NCBI RefSeq assembly: GCF_009914755.1
Contig: NC_060933.1
Strand: one strand, 5' to 3'
DNA from: the human T2T-CHM13v2.0 reference genome, Homo sapiens
DNA: 64,000 nucleotides
The notes beneath the pieces were generated by a model, which did no database searches, was not told the origin of the DNA, and saw only the letters and a program-made list of their open reading frames with translations. Made by a program: the position numbers and the translations under genes. This document shows positions 21,882 through 44,793 of this stretch, one piece after another. Numbering within the stretch: position 1 is the first letter of the stretch; the number at the start of each line of letters is the position of its first letter.

Positions 21882-23297
21882 TCAAAAAAAAAAAAAAAAA
21901 AGATTTAATAAGAAAATATATTTGAAAAGTCCCAGGAATGAAACAGACATTAAGTGGCACAGGTGGATTTCAAAGCAGGTAGATATGGTAGAAATGTATA
22001 TTTTAATATAAATGATAAAACTATATGGGGTGGCATTTTATTCCATAAATAGGCCATACTGTGGTGGCTCACACCTGTAATCCCAGCACATGGGGAGGCC
22101 GAGGTGGGTGGACCGCTTGAGCTAAGAAGTTTGAGACAAGCCTGGGCAACATGGCAAGACCCCTTGTCTACAAAAAATACAAAAAATTAGCTGGGCATCG
22201 TGTTGCATGCCTATGGTCTCAGCTGCTTAGGAGGCTGAGAAGGGAGGATTACTTGAGCCTGGGAGACAGAGGTTGCAGTGAGCCAGGAGACAGAGCCTAG
22301 GTGACAGAGCAAGACCCTTTCTCTAAATACATACATACATACATACATACATACATACGTACGTACTTACATACATAATCTTTCCCAATTCACTGTTCAT
22401 TAAATACTAGATCCAGAGAGGTGGCCCTTGGCTCATAAAACATCATTCTACACAAAGGGCTTCCCCTGCCCAAAGCCACTCCACCTCTTGGATATTCACT
22501 ACTACTAGTGGGAGCCACGTTATAAAAATGTTGGTGCTTTTAGATGATATATAATTTCTAAAGCAGAAAAGAGCTGTAAAAAGCAGGAAACTGACCCTAG
22601 GTAAGACCAATCTATTTCACAGTCCTTTGCACTAAAATATCTTTCTCTTTAGATCATTTATTATGGTCTGGGTGGAATCCCAATCACTGGAGCACAATTC
22701 ATTTACGTTGGCAAGAATGCTTTTTAAAAAAAATTCTTGTATCATATTTCTTCACGTCACCAAGTGTATCTGTTCTGAGATTTCTGGATGGGGTGAAAAG
22801 GTGCAAGGAGCTTGAGAGTAGAAAGGGACAACAAGAAAAGACAGGGACGTAAGCCAGAGTTGATGGCGACAGAGAATGTGTGCAGAAGACAGGTGCAGAA
22901 AGGCCAGTTATGCCCAGGCCTAGACCCTCAGTTCAAGAATGAGGAAAGAAACATCTCTACACCTCTTCTCCTCCAGCACTACCTAAGCCCACAGCTTCTA
23001 CAAACCAGAACACAGACCGGTACCATAACATCATGAGTAAACATTTATTTCTGCTCCCACTTGTTTCAAAAAGGAGTTAGAGCAGCTTTACAAATAGGCG
23101 TAGGAGGGACTCAAACAGATACTTCTACATCGGTGTTCACAGCAACATTATTTACAGGAGCTACAAGGGGGAAGCAAACCAAATGTCCATCAAAAGAAGA
23201 ATGGATAAATAAAACACAGTATATACATACAATGGAATGTTGGAAAAAGGAATGAAGTTCTGATAGGTGACATAACATGCTAAGAGAGAGAAGCTAG

Positions 23298-23522
<225 letters not shown>

Positions 23523-25274
23523 TAGAGACAAGCTCTCACTATGTTGCCCAGGAGTGCAGTGGTGCCATCTTGGCTCACTGCAACCTCCACCTCCTGGGTT
23601 CAAGCGATTCTCCTGCCTCAGCCTCCTGAGTAGCTGGCACTACAGGCGCCCACCACCACACATGGCTAATTTTTGTATTTTTAGTAGAGATGGGGTTTCA
23701 CCATGTTGGCTAGGATGATCTCGATTTTCTGACCTCATGATCCACCCGCCTCGACCTCCCAAAGTGCTGAGCTTACAGGCGTGAGCCACCACACCCGGCC
23801 CACTTTTATGTGTTTGGTTTTGTTTTGTTCTCTGAGACAGAGTCTTGCTCTGTTGCCCACACTGGAGTGCAGTGGCACGATCTCAGCTCACTGCAGCCTC
23901 TGCCTCCCAGGTTCAAGTGATTCTCCCGCCTCAGCCTCCAGTAGCTGGGATTACAGGCGCACACCACCACGTCTGACTGGTTTTTTTGTATTTATAGTAG
24001 AGATGGGGTTTCACCATGTTGCCCAGGCTGATCTCAAACTCCTGAGCTCAGGTGATCCTCCCAAAGTACTGGGATTACAGAAGTGAGCCACCACGCCTGG
24101 CCTCCACTTACATGAAATACCTAGAATAGGCAAACTAAAAGAGACAGAAAGTAAATCAGGGATTATCAGAGAATGCGGGGAGAGCTATTGCTTAATGGGT
24201 ACATAGCTTCTGTTTCGGTGATGAAAACTTTGGAAATACTGGTTATTATTGCATTAACAATTAGTATATTTGATGCTGCAGAACTCTACACTTGAAAGTA
24301 GTTAAAATGGTAAGTTTGGTGATCTTTATATGTACTTTATTACAATTGTAAAAATAGTAAAAAAAAAGTGTATGAGATAAATTTAAAATAAGTGGAGGGA
24401 AAAGCTGAGACTTTAAAAGTTTCTGTAGGCTAATTTAGAAAACTGCCCATCATTTTTAGCATTGTTCCATGGAAAATGTATTCCAAGCAACAAAGAGTTG
24501 ACTTACAAATGAAACTTAAAAACAACTTGCTTCCAAGTTGAAGATTACCAAAGTTCTGGTTTTTGGCAACAATCGTTCTGAAAATCCGAGTTTCCATCAA
24601 CTTTGATGGCTGCCTTTCCCCTAATTTAAGAGGCAAGACTGCCATCATGTGGCAAGTAAAGTTAAGTTGTGGGTTTTCTTCTAATACAGTACAAAGGAAG
24701 ATTCCCTTTTAAGAGCTTATAGGAACTAGCCTGTAGGAAATATCTAAACCTTTCAAACTCTAGTATAGATAAGCAATCTTGATTATCCAGAATAAATAAT
24801 TGACCAGAAATAGTTCAGTTATTCCCCACATCTATAGATAACAAAGCACAATTTAAAAGACGTATCAAAAAGCTTAATTTCAAATATTTATAATAAAGCT
24901 CCAATATGTATTTTGATAATTTAAATATAAAATTTGCAATGTTAGTCTTATATTCCTGAAATAAACCATTTCCAAAAGAAAACCTGCAAAGTTTTATACC
25001 TCAACAACTCTCATTTAGCTATTATATGGTATTTAAAGAGTACACAAAAGTTTTTGGAAAAGGCTATACCTTGTAAAGGTAATTCCAACGTTCTGAAAAG
25101 CAGGAAAATGAATATTAGCTAAATAAGCATCATATTTAAAAATAAAGCCAGGCGTGGTGGTTCACACCTGTAATCCCAGCACTTTGGGAGACTGAGGCAG
25201 GGCGGATCACTTGATCTCAGGTGTTCAAGACCAGCCTGGACAACATGGCAAAACCCTGTCTCTGCAAAAAATTA

Positions 25275-25445
<171 letters not shown>

Positions 25446-27565
25446 TCAAAAACAAAAAACAAAGTGAGACTGTCTCTACAAAAAGGTTTTTAAAATAAAG
25501 TAAAATACATTTTAAAATAAGAGAGTTTCATTCTGCCCTAGTGCCCAGCACGGTAACCTAGACACTGCAGATGCTCAATAAATATTCACTGGAGGGGTAA
25601 AAAGAAAACATTATTTGCATGGTCTATAACCAAAAAGCTGACCCAGAATTGGTGTCCTATAGAGACATTCTGGGAAACATAAAATGCTCACTAAAACATC
25701 AAAAAATAAATCCAACTTTTTTTTTTTTGAGACAGAGTTTGGTCTGTTGCCCAGGCTGGAATGCAGTGGCACGATCTTGGCTCACTGTAGCCTCCGCCTC
25801 CCAGGTTCAAGCGATTCTCTGCCTCAGCCTCCCAAGTAGCTGGGATTAGAGGCATGTGCCACGACGCCCAGCTAATTTTTGTATTTTTAGTAGAGACAGG
25901 GTTTCATCATGTTGACCAGGCTGGTCTCAAACTCCTGGCCTCAAGTGATCTGCCTGCCTCGGCCTCCCAAAGTGCTGGGATTACAGGCGTGAGCCACCAC
26001 GCCTGGTCTGAAATGATATTTTACATTGTTAAATGCAAAAAGAAAGTTACAGAATCACAGGTATAATATCTCATTAAACAAACAAAAACCCAAAAAACCA
26101 CACAAGTGAGTAATATGCATCAAACTTATTTCTTTGGGGTGAGAGGAGCTGTCACTTGTTTCATTTCTTATGCAACACTTGCAATCCTTCTTATAATAAA
26201 TATTTCTTTAATTTAAAAAAAGTAGAAAGAAAACACCATCCAAAATGTTCTTAATGGTCCTCTATTTCTTCTGATAGAGGGAACTTTAGAGCAATTAAAA
26301 TATGTTAGGACAATAGATAACTTCAATAACTTTTTCCCTTACAAAATTAAAATAGTACTCATGGTCTCTTAATAATAAAAAAAAAAGATAGCTATAATTA
26401 AGTCACCAGCTTCTGAACATTTATAACTCCTATTGGTATAAAGCACATAATGGATCATTAGGATTATAAAACATTTGCCAATCAAAAAAAAAAAAACCCT
26501 ACAATCCTAAAGAAAAGCCACAATTTATACTAGAAAAACTGAATTCTTTTTATTGTAAGACGCTGAAACAATCTAGTATCTGTGATCTCCTAATCCTGCA
26601 GAATATACAGATTGTTTTCTTTTAGTTGGAGAGTATTGGCTTCTTAAGGCTCCTCCATTTTAATCTTTGCAATAAAGATTTCCTGAAACTACACAACCAC
26701 CCTCTGAGCCACCTCCCATCCATGCATTTAATGAGAGAAGTTTCTTTTTTAAAATTTTTTATTTTTTTATTGTTTCAGCTCATATCTGAACAGCTAGAGA
26801 AAAAAGTTTCTGAAAGCCATATATTTTACATTTGTGAAATATGAAAATAGAAAAATATTGAGAGCCACTATTCATACAGAGAATACTAACTAAAACTTTA
26901 GACAATGATGCATATGTGCACTACTCAAAAGTTTGTTTTTAGTGGAAAAATATAAATACAGTAAACAATCTTAACAGAGGACTTGGCTGTCAATTCCCCC
27001 ACTCTATTACCAGACACTTAACTAAAATGATTTCCAAGGTTCCCTTCAGCTCTATATGAGATCCTATGATTCCATCTTTTCCAAACTACAATTATAAGCA
27101 GGAGAAATTATGTCCTAAAATATTCAGAATTTAAAAAAGAAATCTGGCTAGAATATGAAAAAGAAAAGATACTTTACATAATAAATTTTTCCTACGGTCC
27201 CTAAGTCCTGATTGCGGGACTCTTAATATTTACAACTGGCTTGTTAAAGAATGCAAAATCTAATCATGTTAACTCATTTATCTCTATTTTAAATTCTGTT
27301 CAAAATAACAAGGGCTGACCACTGAAAACTATTTTAAACTTCTTTCCTCAAGCAAATATAATCCTAAGTTAGATTGCTTAATGAAACTTCAATATTTAAA
27401 AACGAATCTTTCAAAGATGATGATCTTATGATCACATTTGATTACATGATTCATTCCTTCACTATTCAATCAATATGCTAAACACCTACCATGTGTCAGG
27501 TATTGGTCATATTTTTGCTTCTTTCTAGCGTCACAAATAAAAGTCAAAGAGTATAAGAATCTTAC

Positions 27566-27863
27566 CAATATGGCCCCCTCCAATGGTGTATGTCTTCCCA
27601 GATCCAGTTTGTCCATAGGCAAAAACAGTTGCATTATAGCCCTCAATGAGTGACAACACTAGGGGCTTTATACATGTGTTATAAACTTCATCTTGAGTGG
27701 AATTTTTGCCAAAAACAAAATCAAAAGTGAAGACTCTATCTCTCCCAATGATAACTTGCTGGCTGTTTGGAATAACTCTCACACAAACTTGATGATTATG
27801 AAGAGCTTCTTTGCAAAGCAGAGGTCTAATTCTTACAGCAACTTTTACTGGTATTTCTTCCAT
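27566..27863 (-). CDS. KIF27: KIF27 exon 2 coding part (start codon, 298 nt); exon starts at 27950 with 87 nt of 5' UTR
   Basis: MEEIPVKVAVRIRPL and P-loop AYGQTGSGKT. Kozak gccATGg with an in-frame upstream TAA. Acceptor ttgcacag|GAA at 27950, donor TTG|gtaaga. Confidence 0.97.
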
Positions 27864-28930
27864 GGCAACTTAGATTTTACTAAATAGATTTTCTATTTAA
27901 TGTTCAGTATCTAGTGTGAGAGACTTCCATCTTATGTAAGATCTGGATTCCTGTGCAACAAAAATAAAAAGCAAATTTTAATTACTGATTCCTTGTATCC
28001 CAATAAACTAACCACCTTCTAAAGCAAAGTCAATTAGAACAGGTTTTGTTCCAATACAACACAGTTACAAAGAGTAAGCCTGTCTTGTAAAATACATCGT
28101 AAATTTGTAGACAAACTAGTATGTCTTGGGTTTGCTTCAAAATAATCTAGGTGTGGGGTCCATGAGTTGATAAATGATGAAGCTAGGTGATAAGTACATG
28201 GGATTCCATTGGGCCTTTATTTCTACAGTAATAATGTTTCCCAGTTCATTAATCTAAATATTAAATAACCAGGGAGTTAGAAAATTAAGGCAAGGAGATA
28301 AGTAAGGAACTGTACACACGTTTTTTTGTTTTTTGAGATGGAGTCTAGGCTGGAACGCAGTGGTGAGATCTCGGCTCTCTGCAACCTCTGCCTACCAGGT
28401 TCAAGTGATTCTCCTGCCTCAGGCCTCTCGAGTAGCTGGGGTTACAGGCGCCCGCCACCACACCCAGCTAATTTTTGTATTTTTAGTAGAGACAGGGTTT
28501 CACCATATTGGCCAGGCTGGTCTCAAGCTCCGAACCTCAGGTGACCCGCCCGCCTCGGCCTCCCAAGTGCCAGGATTACAGGCGTGAGCCACCGTGCCCA
28601 GCCTGTACATGTGTTAAAAACAAACATTAGTACTAGATTTTATAGCTATGCATTGAAAAATAGCATCTCCTCTTTGCCACAATTATTAGAAATAAATCCA
28701 TGAAAATAGTTTTAAGAATTTCAATAAGTCAACATAAATTTAAAACTAAATTTGTATTCAAAAATAATCAAAACTAACAGAAAAACTGCTTTTTCTACTT
28801 CTAAATATTATGTTGTACTTATTTCTGAAGATCTCTGCTAGAATTAATACATTAAAATTTAAATTGATGGCTGTAGTTTCCTGGCTAAAAATATATATAA
28901 ACAAATAATTGGTAACTACATTTACAATGA

Positions 28931-29232
<302 letters not shown>

Positions 29233-29244
29233 CAGAACACTCTT

Positions 29245-29453
29245 TTTTTTTTAAATATATATATTTTATTATACTTTAAGTTCTAGGGTACATGTGCACA
29301 ACGTGCAGGTTTGTTACATATGTATACATGTGCCATGTTGGTGTGCTGCACCCATTAACTTGTCATTTACATTAGGTATATCTCCTAATGCTATCCCTCC
29401 CCCCTTCCCCCACCCCACAACAAGCCCCAATGTGTGATGTTCCCCTTCCTGTG
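29245..29453 (-). mobile_element. 5'-truncated L1PA 3' end
   Basis: ATTATACTTTAAGTTCTAGGGTACATGTGCACAACGTGCAGG is the canonical L1PA 3' UTR. TSD CAGAACACTCTT at 29233-29244 and 29455-29466. Confidence 0.92.
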
Positions 29454-29469
29454 GCAGAACACTCTTAAA

Positions 29470-31650
<2,181 letters not shown>

Positions 31651-31862
31651 AGTTTTGGAAGGATAAAGCTTATACAAAATTTAACAAGTAATCTATGACA
31701 ATGTTTGAGTGCAGATGATGAAAAGTAATGAATTTGAGGTGAGGTTAGGTTCTTTGGAAAAGCTGCTGAGTCTTGAAGATTACCATTAAGTAACACAGAC
31801 AACTAGACTGAAATAATATTTTATTAATAACACTAACAACAATGAATTGATAATATTCACTA

Positions 31863-32057
<195 letters not shown>

Positions 32058-33075
32058 TCAGAAGGCTGAAGCGAGAGGATCCCTCCTGAAAACAAAACAA
32101 AACAAATGTGAGCCACGATGCCCAGCCTCATTTCTTGGGGTTTTTAATGGTAATATCTATAAAGAATTTGGTTATAAAGGCAACTGAAACTTATTCTAAG
32201 CATTAAAAAAAATAATAATGGGGCCGGGCACAGTGGTTCACACCTGTAATCCCAGCACTTTGGGAGGCCAAGGCAGGTGGATCGCTTCAGCCCACGAGTT
32301 CCAGACCAGCCTGGGCAACATGGTGAAACCCTGTCTCTACTAAAAATACAAGAATGTGCCAGGCTGTGGTGACGCACCTGTAGTCCCAGCTACTTGGGAG
32401 GCTGAGATTGGAGGATCGCTTGAGCCCGGGAGGTTGAGGCTGCAGTGTGCCACTGCACTCCAGCCTGAGTAACAGAGCGAGACCCTGTCTCAAAACAAAA
32501 CAAACAAACAATAGTAATGGTCCACAAACATAGGGCTTGTAAAACATCAATATACAAGAAATAAAGTTTTTACACAATCCATAGCACTTATACTTCAGAT
32601 TCTGATCAATTATAGTCATCAGAAACATACGTATTATGTTGCCAATAAATGATTTAAAAAAAAGCAAAATCTGATTGGTCGTATTTAAGTATACTCAACG
32701 GGTTTTTGAAATCTGAGCAAAGGCAAGAGAAATATTGAATCCCTCATGTCATGTCACTGGTCAGGAATGAGTGTCTCCAAAAACCGTTGCCATCCCGTAC
32801 CCTTGATTTCCCAGAAAGCAGTGGTTGTCTTAAATGTGTGGTTTGTTAATTATTTTCATAAAAAACTTGCCAGTAGATGGACAGTAAATCGCATACGGAG
32901 CTCAGAAAAGGCCCCAAATGCGTAAAGACGACAAAAGAGTAAAGAAGGGCAAACAACAAGGATTTTCAACACTGGAGACTTAAAAGGTGTTACTTAAAAG
33001 GTGTTTCAAAGAAAGAATCTGGGCGCTTTGCTCTTTATAGTCACCTGCCTCCGAGGGAGGGAGCTCTCGGGCTTG

Positions 33076-33205
33076 AATGTGCCCAAGGTTCAACCTCTAC
33101 GGTAGGAAATGCGCCCAAGTTTCAACCTCTACGGTGGGAAATGCGCCCAAGTTTCAACCTCTACGGTGGGAAATGCGCCCAAGTTTCAACCTCTACGGTG
33201 GGAAA
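33076..33205. repeat. 32-bp minisatellite, ~4 copies (AATGCGCCCAAGTTTCAACCTCTACGGTGGGA)
   Basis: Units start at 33076, 33108, 33140 and 33172. Copies 2-4 are identical and copy 1 has 3 substitutions. Confidence 0.95.
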
Positions 33206-33643
33206 AAGACGCCTGCGATAAAACAAAGCGCTCGGTGGTGGTGGCCCTCGCGTCGCACCTCACGCCGTGCAGCGACACGAGACGAACACAGGGTGCGCTC
33301 TGAAAGGCCGGGTCCCGCGTTCCGGTCGATCGGTGTTCCCCGGGACCCGCTCCTCAGGGCTGACCCAACTTCCTCCGGAAGGGGCGCTCTGCCTCTAGTC
33401 GCTCGCCGGCTCCCAGCCCCGACCCCAGACCCCTCGGACGCCCCCATAGGCCTAGCTGGCGCCCCAACCGCCCACCCTCCGCTACCCCCCCGCGGCGGCC
33501 CCGACCCCAAGCCGGAGCCTACTAGTCCCAACGGCCGGCTGGGGGCGCGGGAGCGGCGGGCGCGGCGGGCTGGAGGGCGGGCACCGCGAAGGGAGGGCGC
33601 CCCACTTCCCCGCACCGCCCGGCCAGGCCCGCCGAGCACTGAC

Positions 33644-33720
33644 CGGCTCGGGACAGCCCAGGCCCCTGTCGGCGAGCGCTGGACTCCTCAGCTTCGCTCT
33701 GCCACACCGCGCAGCCGCCG
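33644..33720 (-). other. KIF27: Probable non-coding KIF27 exon 1 (5' end approximate)
   Basis: Donor-like CCG|gtcagt at 33644/33643 inside the only non-repeat CpG island, upstream of the exon 2 acceptor. TSS is inferred, not seen. Confidence 0.65.
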
Positions 33721-33742
33721 TCCGCGTCTTTTGTTGTCGCGA

Positions 33743-33756
33743 GTTCTCCTGGCAAC
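33743..33756 (-). promoter_or_regulatory. RFX X-box motif (GTTGCCAGGAGAAC on minus strand)
   Basis: 14-bp imperfect palindrome matching the X-box pattern, just upstream of the inferred TSS of a cilia-associated kinesin. Confidence 0.65.
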
Positions 33757-34317
33757 CGGCGAAGCCCGCCTCCCGCCGCGTCCTCTCCTGGATGCCGCGT
33801 CCTGGCCCCGCCCCCATCCTGGCCACGCCTCCAAGCCCGCCGCGCAGGAGTCCTGCGTCCCCAGGAAGTCCGCAAAGGGCCGGCCCCTGGGCTTGCCTGC
33901 AAATCCGAGTTGTGTCCCACCAACGCGCTGGGACCGGTCTGTGAGGCCTGAGCGCAAGCATCTTTCTACGGGTTCGTGAAATGAGTGAGAACGATTCCAC
34001 ACCGTGTTTCAATATCTTAGCTACCAATTCAGTTTATTTTTATTTTTATTGAGTAAAACTTGCCTAACATAAACCATCTTAAAACTCACAATTCAGTGGC
34101 GTTTAATGCATTCACAGTGTTGTGCAACCATCACCTCTGTATATAGTTCAGAAACATTTTCATAACCCCAAAAGAAAATCCCCAAACCAGTTAGCAGTCA
34201 TTCCTTCTGGTTCCCCTCTCCCCACAACCCCAGCCAGCCACTAATCTACTTTCTGACTCTGTGATAGCTTTACCTATTCTGGGCATTTCTTTATTGATGG
34301 AATCATTCAGTATATGA

Positions 34318-34629
<312 letters not shown>

Positions 34630-34632
34630 TGA

Positions 34633-35367
<735 letters not shown>

Positions 35368-35541
35368 TAACTTTACCAATTTAGTTTTAAATGCTTTAAT
35401 GCCTCCTGTTTTTAGTAGCACAATCTAAGCATCTTCAAAAACCCTTCCTTCTCTCATGAAATATAGGAATGAAGGTGGGGGAAAAAAGCTGACTATTTTA
35501 TTTATAGTTTTTATTTTTTTTTCTTTTAACTGAATTATTTA

Positions 35542-35691
<150 letters not shown>

Positions 35692-35881
35692 TTAGCCAGG
35701 TGTGGCTGAGTATGCCTGCAGTTCCAGTTACTCTGGAGGTGGAGGTGAGAGAATGGTTTGAGCCTGGGAGGTCAAGGCTGCAGTGAGCTGTTGTTGCACC
35801 ATGGCATTGCAGCCTGGGTGACAGAATGAGACTCTACCTCAAAAAAATAATAAATAATACATAATTTTTAAAATTCTAAGA

Positions 35882-38971
<3,090 letters not shown>

Positions 38972-39119
38972 TAATGTTGATTACAACCCTTTAAATTGAT
39001 TTCATGACCTACTAATGGATTGCAGCCTGCAATTTGAAATATTCTGGTCTAAGGTAACAATCTGGCTGAAAATGGATGAAAAATGACATTTTCATCTACT
39101 AAACACTATTATACACCTA

Positions 39120-39950
<831 letters not shown>

Positions 39951-40539
39951 CTTTATTTCCTCCCCGCCTCCACCCCATTCCCTATTCTAATCACCAAATT
40001 CTGCTTGTTTTACATCTGAATATTTCAAATCCTTTCTACTCTAGTTCAAGATTTCACAATCACTCACCTAGACTACTGCAACAGCCTACCAACTAGTCCC
40101 CCTGTCTCCAGTCTTGCACTTACAAATCCACCCTCCACACCTTCTACACTGATCTATCTAGGACATGAATCTCACTGTCTGTCCTTTGCCTAAAGCCTTC
40201 CTGTGATGGCATGGAGAATACTATTCCTTAACAGCTGGAATGGGAAATCTATATGTGGACAGACAAAGTTTTGCTGAGAAGATGCTTTGCTAGCCTGCCC
40301 CTAGGTGGAAGATAAGCCTTGGAAGCCTGATTTGGTTGGTACCCAAGCTTCAGAGAGGAGGGTGGTGTTGCTCATATGAGACAAGGGGAAGAATTATTTG
40401 ACTGCTCTTGAGAAGGAATGAGGAAGATGGGGGAAGGGGGTGGTGTTGGGAGAAGCTGAAGCAGAGAGGAGGCAGAGAATAACTGATAAGGGAATCCCAG
40501 GGACACTGGGAATGGCTAACGGAGGCATTTATTGATTGA

Positions 40540-40740
<201 letters not shown>

Positions 40741-41116
40741 TAGTCTCGAACTCCTGACCTCATGATCTGCCTGCCTCGGCCTCCCAAAGTGCTGGGATTC
40801 CAGGCGTGAAACACCGCGCCCACCCAGTGGTGGCCTTTATGTTCCTGCTGTGAAGTGTGCAATTCAAACCCCTTCCTCTGTCTCCCCTGCAAAATCTTCA
40901 ATGATGTCTGCATTGCTAACTTACACATTTGTCCAGTCTGGTGCTGGACAAAACCATAGGTTGACCATGTGGACCTAGAAGGCAGAAGATTAGAAGAAAG
41001 CCAAAGGTGTAGTGGGTCATTTCTGCAATCCCAGCACTTTGGGAGGCCGAGGCAGTAGGATCAGTTGAGGACAGGAGTTCAAGACCAGCCTGGGCAACAC
41101 AGTGTGAATCCCTTCT

Positions 41117-41475
<359 letters not shown>

Positions 41476-41748
41476 TCAACAAAATTCACTAAAATGATAA
41501 CCACCATCATCTCTGGATGGTGGAGTTAAACGTTATGACTTTTTTAAAAGACAAGGTCTTACTCTGTTGTCCAGGCTGGAGTGTAGTGGTTTGATCACAG
41601 GTCATTGTAACCTTGAACTCCTGGACTCAAATGGTCCTCCCACTTCAGCCTCCAGAGTAGCTAGGATACAGGTGCACACCACCATGCCTGGCTAATATTT
41701 TATTTTTTTTTGTATTTGTTTTTTGTTTGTTTGTTTTTGTTTTTTTGA

Positions 41749-41853
<105 letters not shown>

Positions 41854-42041
41854 TGAGTAGCTGGGGTTATAGGCCCCCGCCACCATGCCCAGTATTTTTA
41901 GTAGAGATGGGGTTTTGGCATGTTGGCCAGGCTGGTCTCAAACTCCTGACCTCAGGATACACCTGCCTCGGCCTTCCAAAGTTCTGGGATTGCAGGCGTG
42001 AGCCACTGCGCCCGGTCTAATTGAATTTTTTGTAGAGATAG

Positions 42042-42419
<378 letters not shown>

Positions 42420-42859
42420 TGATCTGCCCACCTCGGCCTCCCAAAGTGCTGGTATTACAGGCGTGAGCCACTGCGCCCGGCCTTATGTCTCTATTGTTGA
42501 GCACAGTCAATGTCTAATACATAATAGATAATAAGCACATCCCAGAGAGTCAATGAATGTTTATGGAAATAAAAAAATTTAAAAACAGAAAACAAGTAAC
42601 TTGCTCAAGCCTACATGGTTAAGTGACAAAGGCAAGACTGAAGCTTCCATCTGTCAGATGACAAAGTCAACACACCTCCCCAGAGGCTGAGCTGAGCAGA
42701 GCTGCAGTATTCTATATAATGAATCTCAAGTTTTGTTGTTTGTGTTACAGCTGATTGGCTGCAATCAGGATCCAAACATGGACCATATATGGCATTTGAT
42801 TGATATGTACCTTAATTCTCTTTTAATCAATAACAATTACCCTCACCTTTAAAAAAATT

Positions 42860-43680
42860 GTGGTAAAATGTACATAACATAAAATTGACTATCTTAACAC
42901 TACTGAGCTGTACACTTTAAAATTGTTAAGTACTGGCTGGGTGTGGTGGCTCACACTGTAATCCCAGCACTTTGGGAGGCCGAGGCGGGTGGATCACCTG
43001 AGGTCAGGAGTTCAAGACTATGTGGCCAAAATGGCGAAACCCCATCTCTACTAAAAATACAAAATTAGCTGGACATGGTGGCGCATGTCTGTAATCCCAG
43101 CTACTCAGGAGGCTGAAGGCAGGAGAATCACTTGAACCTGGGAGACGGAGGTTGCAGTGAGCCGAGATCATGCCACCGCACTCCGGCCTGGGCGACAGAG
43201 CAAGATTCCATCTCAAAAATACATACATACATACATGCATACATACATACATAAAATGGTTAAGTACCTTCACATTGTTGTACAGCCAATATCCAGAACT
43301 CATTTCATCTTGGAGAACTGAAACTCTACACCCGTTAAACAATAACTCACTATTTCCTTCTTTCTCTGACCCCTGGCAGCCACCATGCTACTTTCTGTCT
43401 CTATGGATTTGACTATTCTAGGTTATAGAAGTGGAATCATAGAGTATTAGTCCTTTTGTGACTATTTCACATAGTATGATGTCCTCAAGTTTCATCCATG
43501 TTGTTACATATATCAGAATTTCCTTTCTTTTTGAGGCTGAATTAATATTCCATTGTATGTATGTATCACAAATTGTTTATCCATTCATCCACTGTTGGTC
43601 CCTTGGGTTGCTTCCACCTTTTGGCTATTGTTAATTATGCTGCTGTGAACATGTATGCATAAATATCTCTTTGAGAAACT
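42860..43680 (-). mobile_element. L1MB-like 3' end with nested Alu
   Basis: CCTGGCAGCCACCATGCTACTTTCTGTCTCTATGGATTTG...TTATCCATTCATCCACTG, an old L1 3' UTR in antisense. Confidence 0.7.
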
Positions 43681-44144
43681 TTCAGTTTTGGGGATTATTG
43701 CTATGGATTGAATGCTTGTGTTCCCCAAAATTCATGTTGAAACTCTAAATCCCAATGTGATAGTATTTACAGGTAGGGCCTTTAGGAGGTAATTAGATTT
43801 AGATGAGGTCATGAGGGTTGAACCCCATGATGGAATTAGTGTCCTTTTAAGAAGTGGAAGAGGCCGGGTGTGGTGGCTCTTGCCTGTAATCCCAGCACTT
43901 TGGGAGGCTGACGCGGGAAGATGGCTTGAGGCCAGGAGTTTGAGACAAGCCTGGGCAACAAGGGGAGACCCTGTCTTTACAAACTATTTACAAACTGGCT
44001 GATTGTGGTAGCATGTGCCTGTAGTCCTAGCTACTTGGGAGGCTGAGGGTGAGAGGATCAATTGAGCCCAGAAGGTTGAGGCCACAGTGAACTGTGACCA
44101 TGCCACTGTATTCCAGCCTGGGTGACAGAGCGAGACCCAGTCTT

Positions 44145-44203
44145 AAAAGAAGAAAGAGACAGACAGAGAGAGAAGGAAAGAAAGAAAGAAGAGAAAGAAG
44201 GAG

Positions 44204-44249
<46 letters not shown>

Positions 44250-44251
44250 GA

Positions 44252-44302
<51 letters not shown>

Positions 44303-44320
44303 CAAGCAAGCAAGCAAGCT
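44145..44320 (+). repeat. Compound (GAAA)n(GCAA)n microsatellite from an Alu tail
   Basis: Directly visible. Confidence 0.95.
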
Positions 44321-44589
44321 GCTATTTGTCCTATAGGATTTCTCACACTTTAGAATTGGCTGATCATATACTGTATTTTCATTTAACTTGTTCCTCTGTT
44401 TCCTACATTTCCTGTTAACCAGTAAGTTAGATCTAGATTCTTGATTAGATTCAGGTTCAATTCTTCTGGCAAGAATAATTCATAGATGGGCATATGTACT
44501 TCCTGTTGCAACACACCAGGAGGCATGTAATGTCTGCATATCCTGCTTTTGGTGATGTTAAGATTATAGATGAGTACAGATATTTTTCA

Positions 44590-44793
<204 letters not shown>

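Larger units (their letters stand above)
33200..34000. promoter_or_regulatory. CpG island / KIF27 promoter
   Basis: Very GC- and CpG-rich unique sequence. Contains a GC box (GGCCCCGCCCCC ~33803) and an ETS-like CAGGAAGT (~33862). Confidence 0.9.

Noticed and set aside
33076-33205. CRISPR-like look of the 32-bp repeat (GTTTCAA..., ...GAAA)
   Set aside because: Units are head-to-tail with no unique spacers, there are no cas genes, and the context is a primate genome. It is a minisatellite.
33077-34027. Long overlapping ORFs (300, 181, 148, 133, 104 aa)
   Set aside because: Low-complexity Pro/Arg/Gly/Ala translations caused by stop-codon depletion in a CpG island; no recognisable domain.
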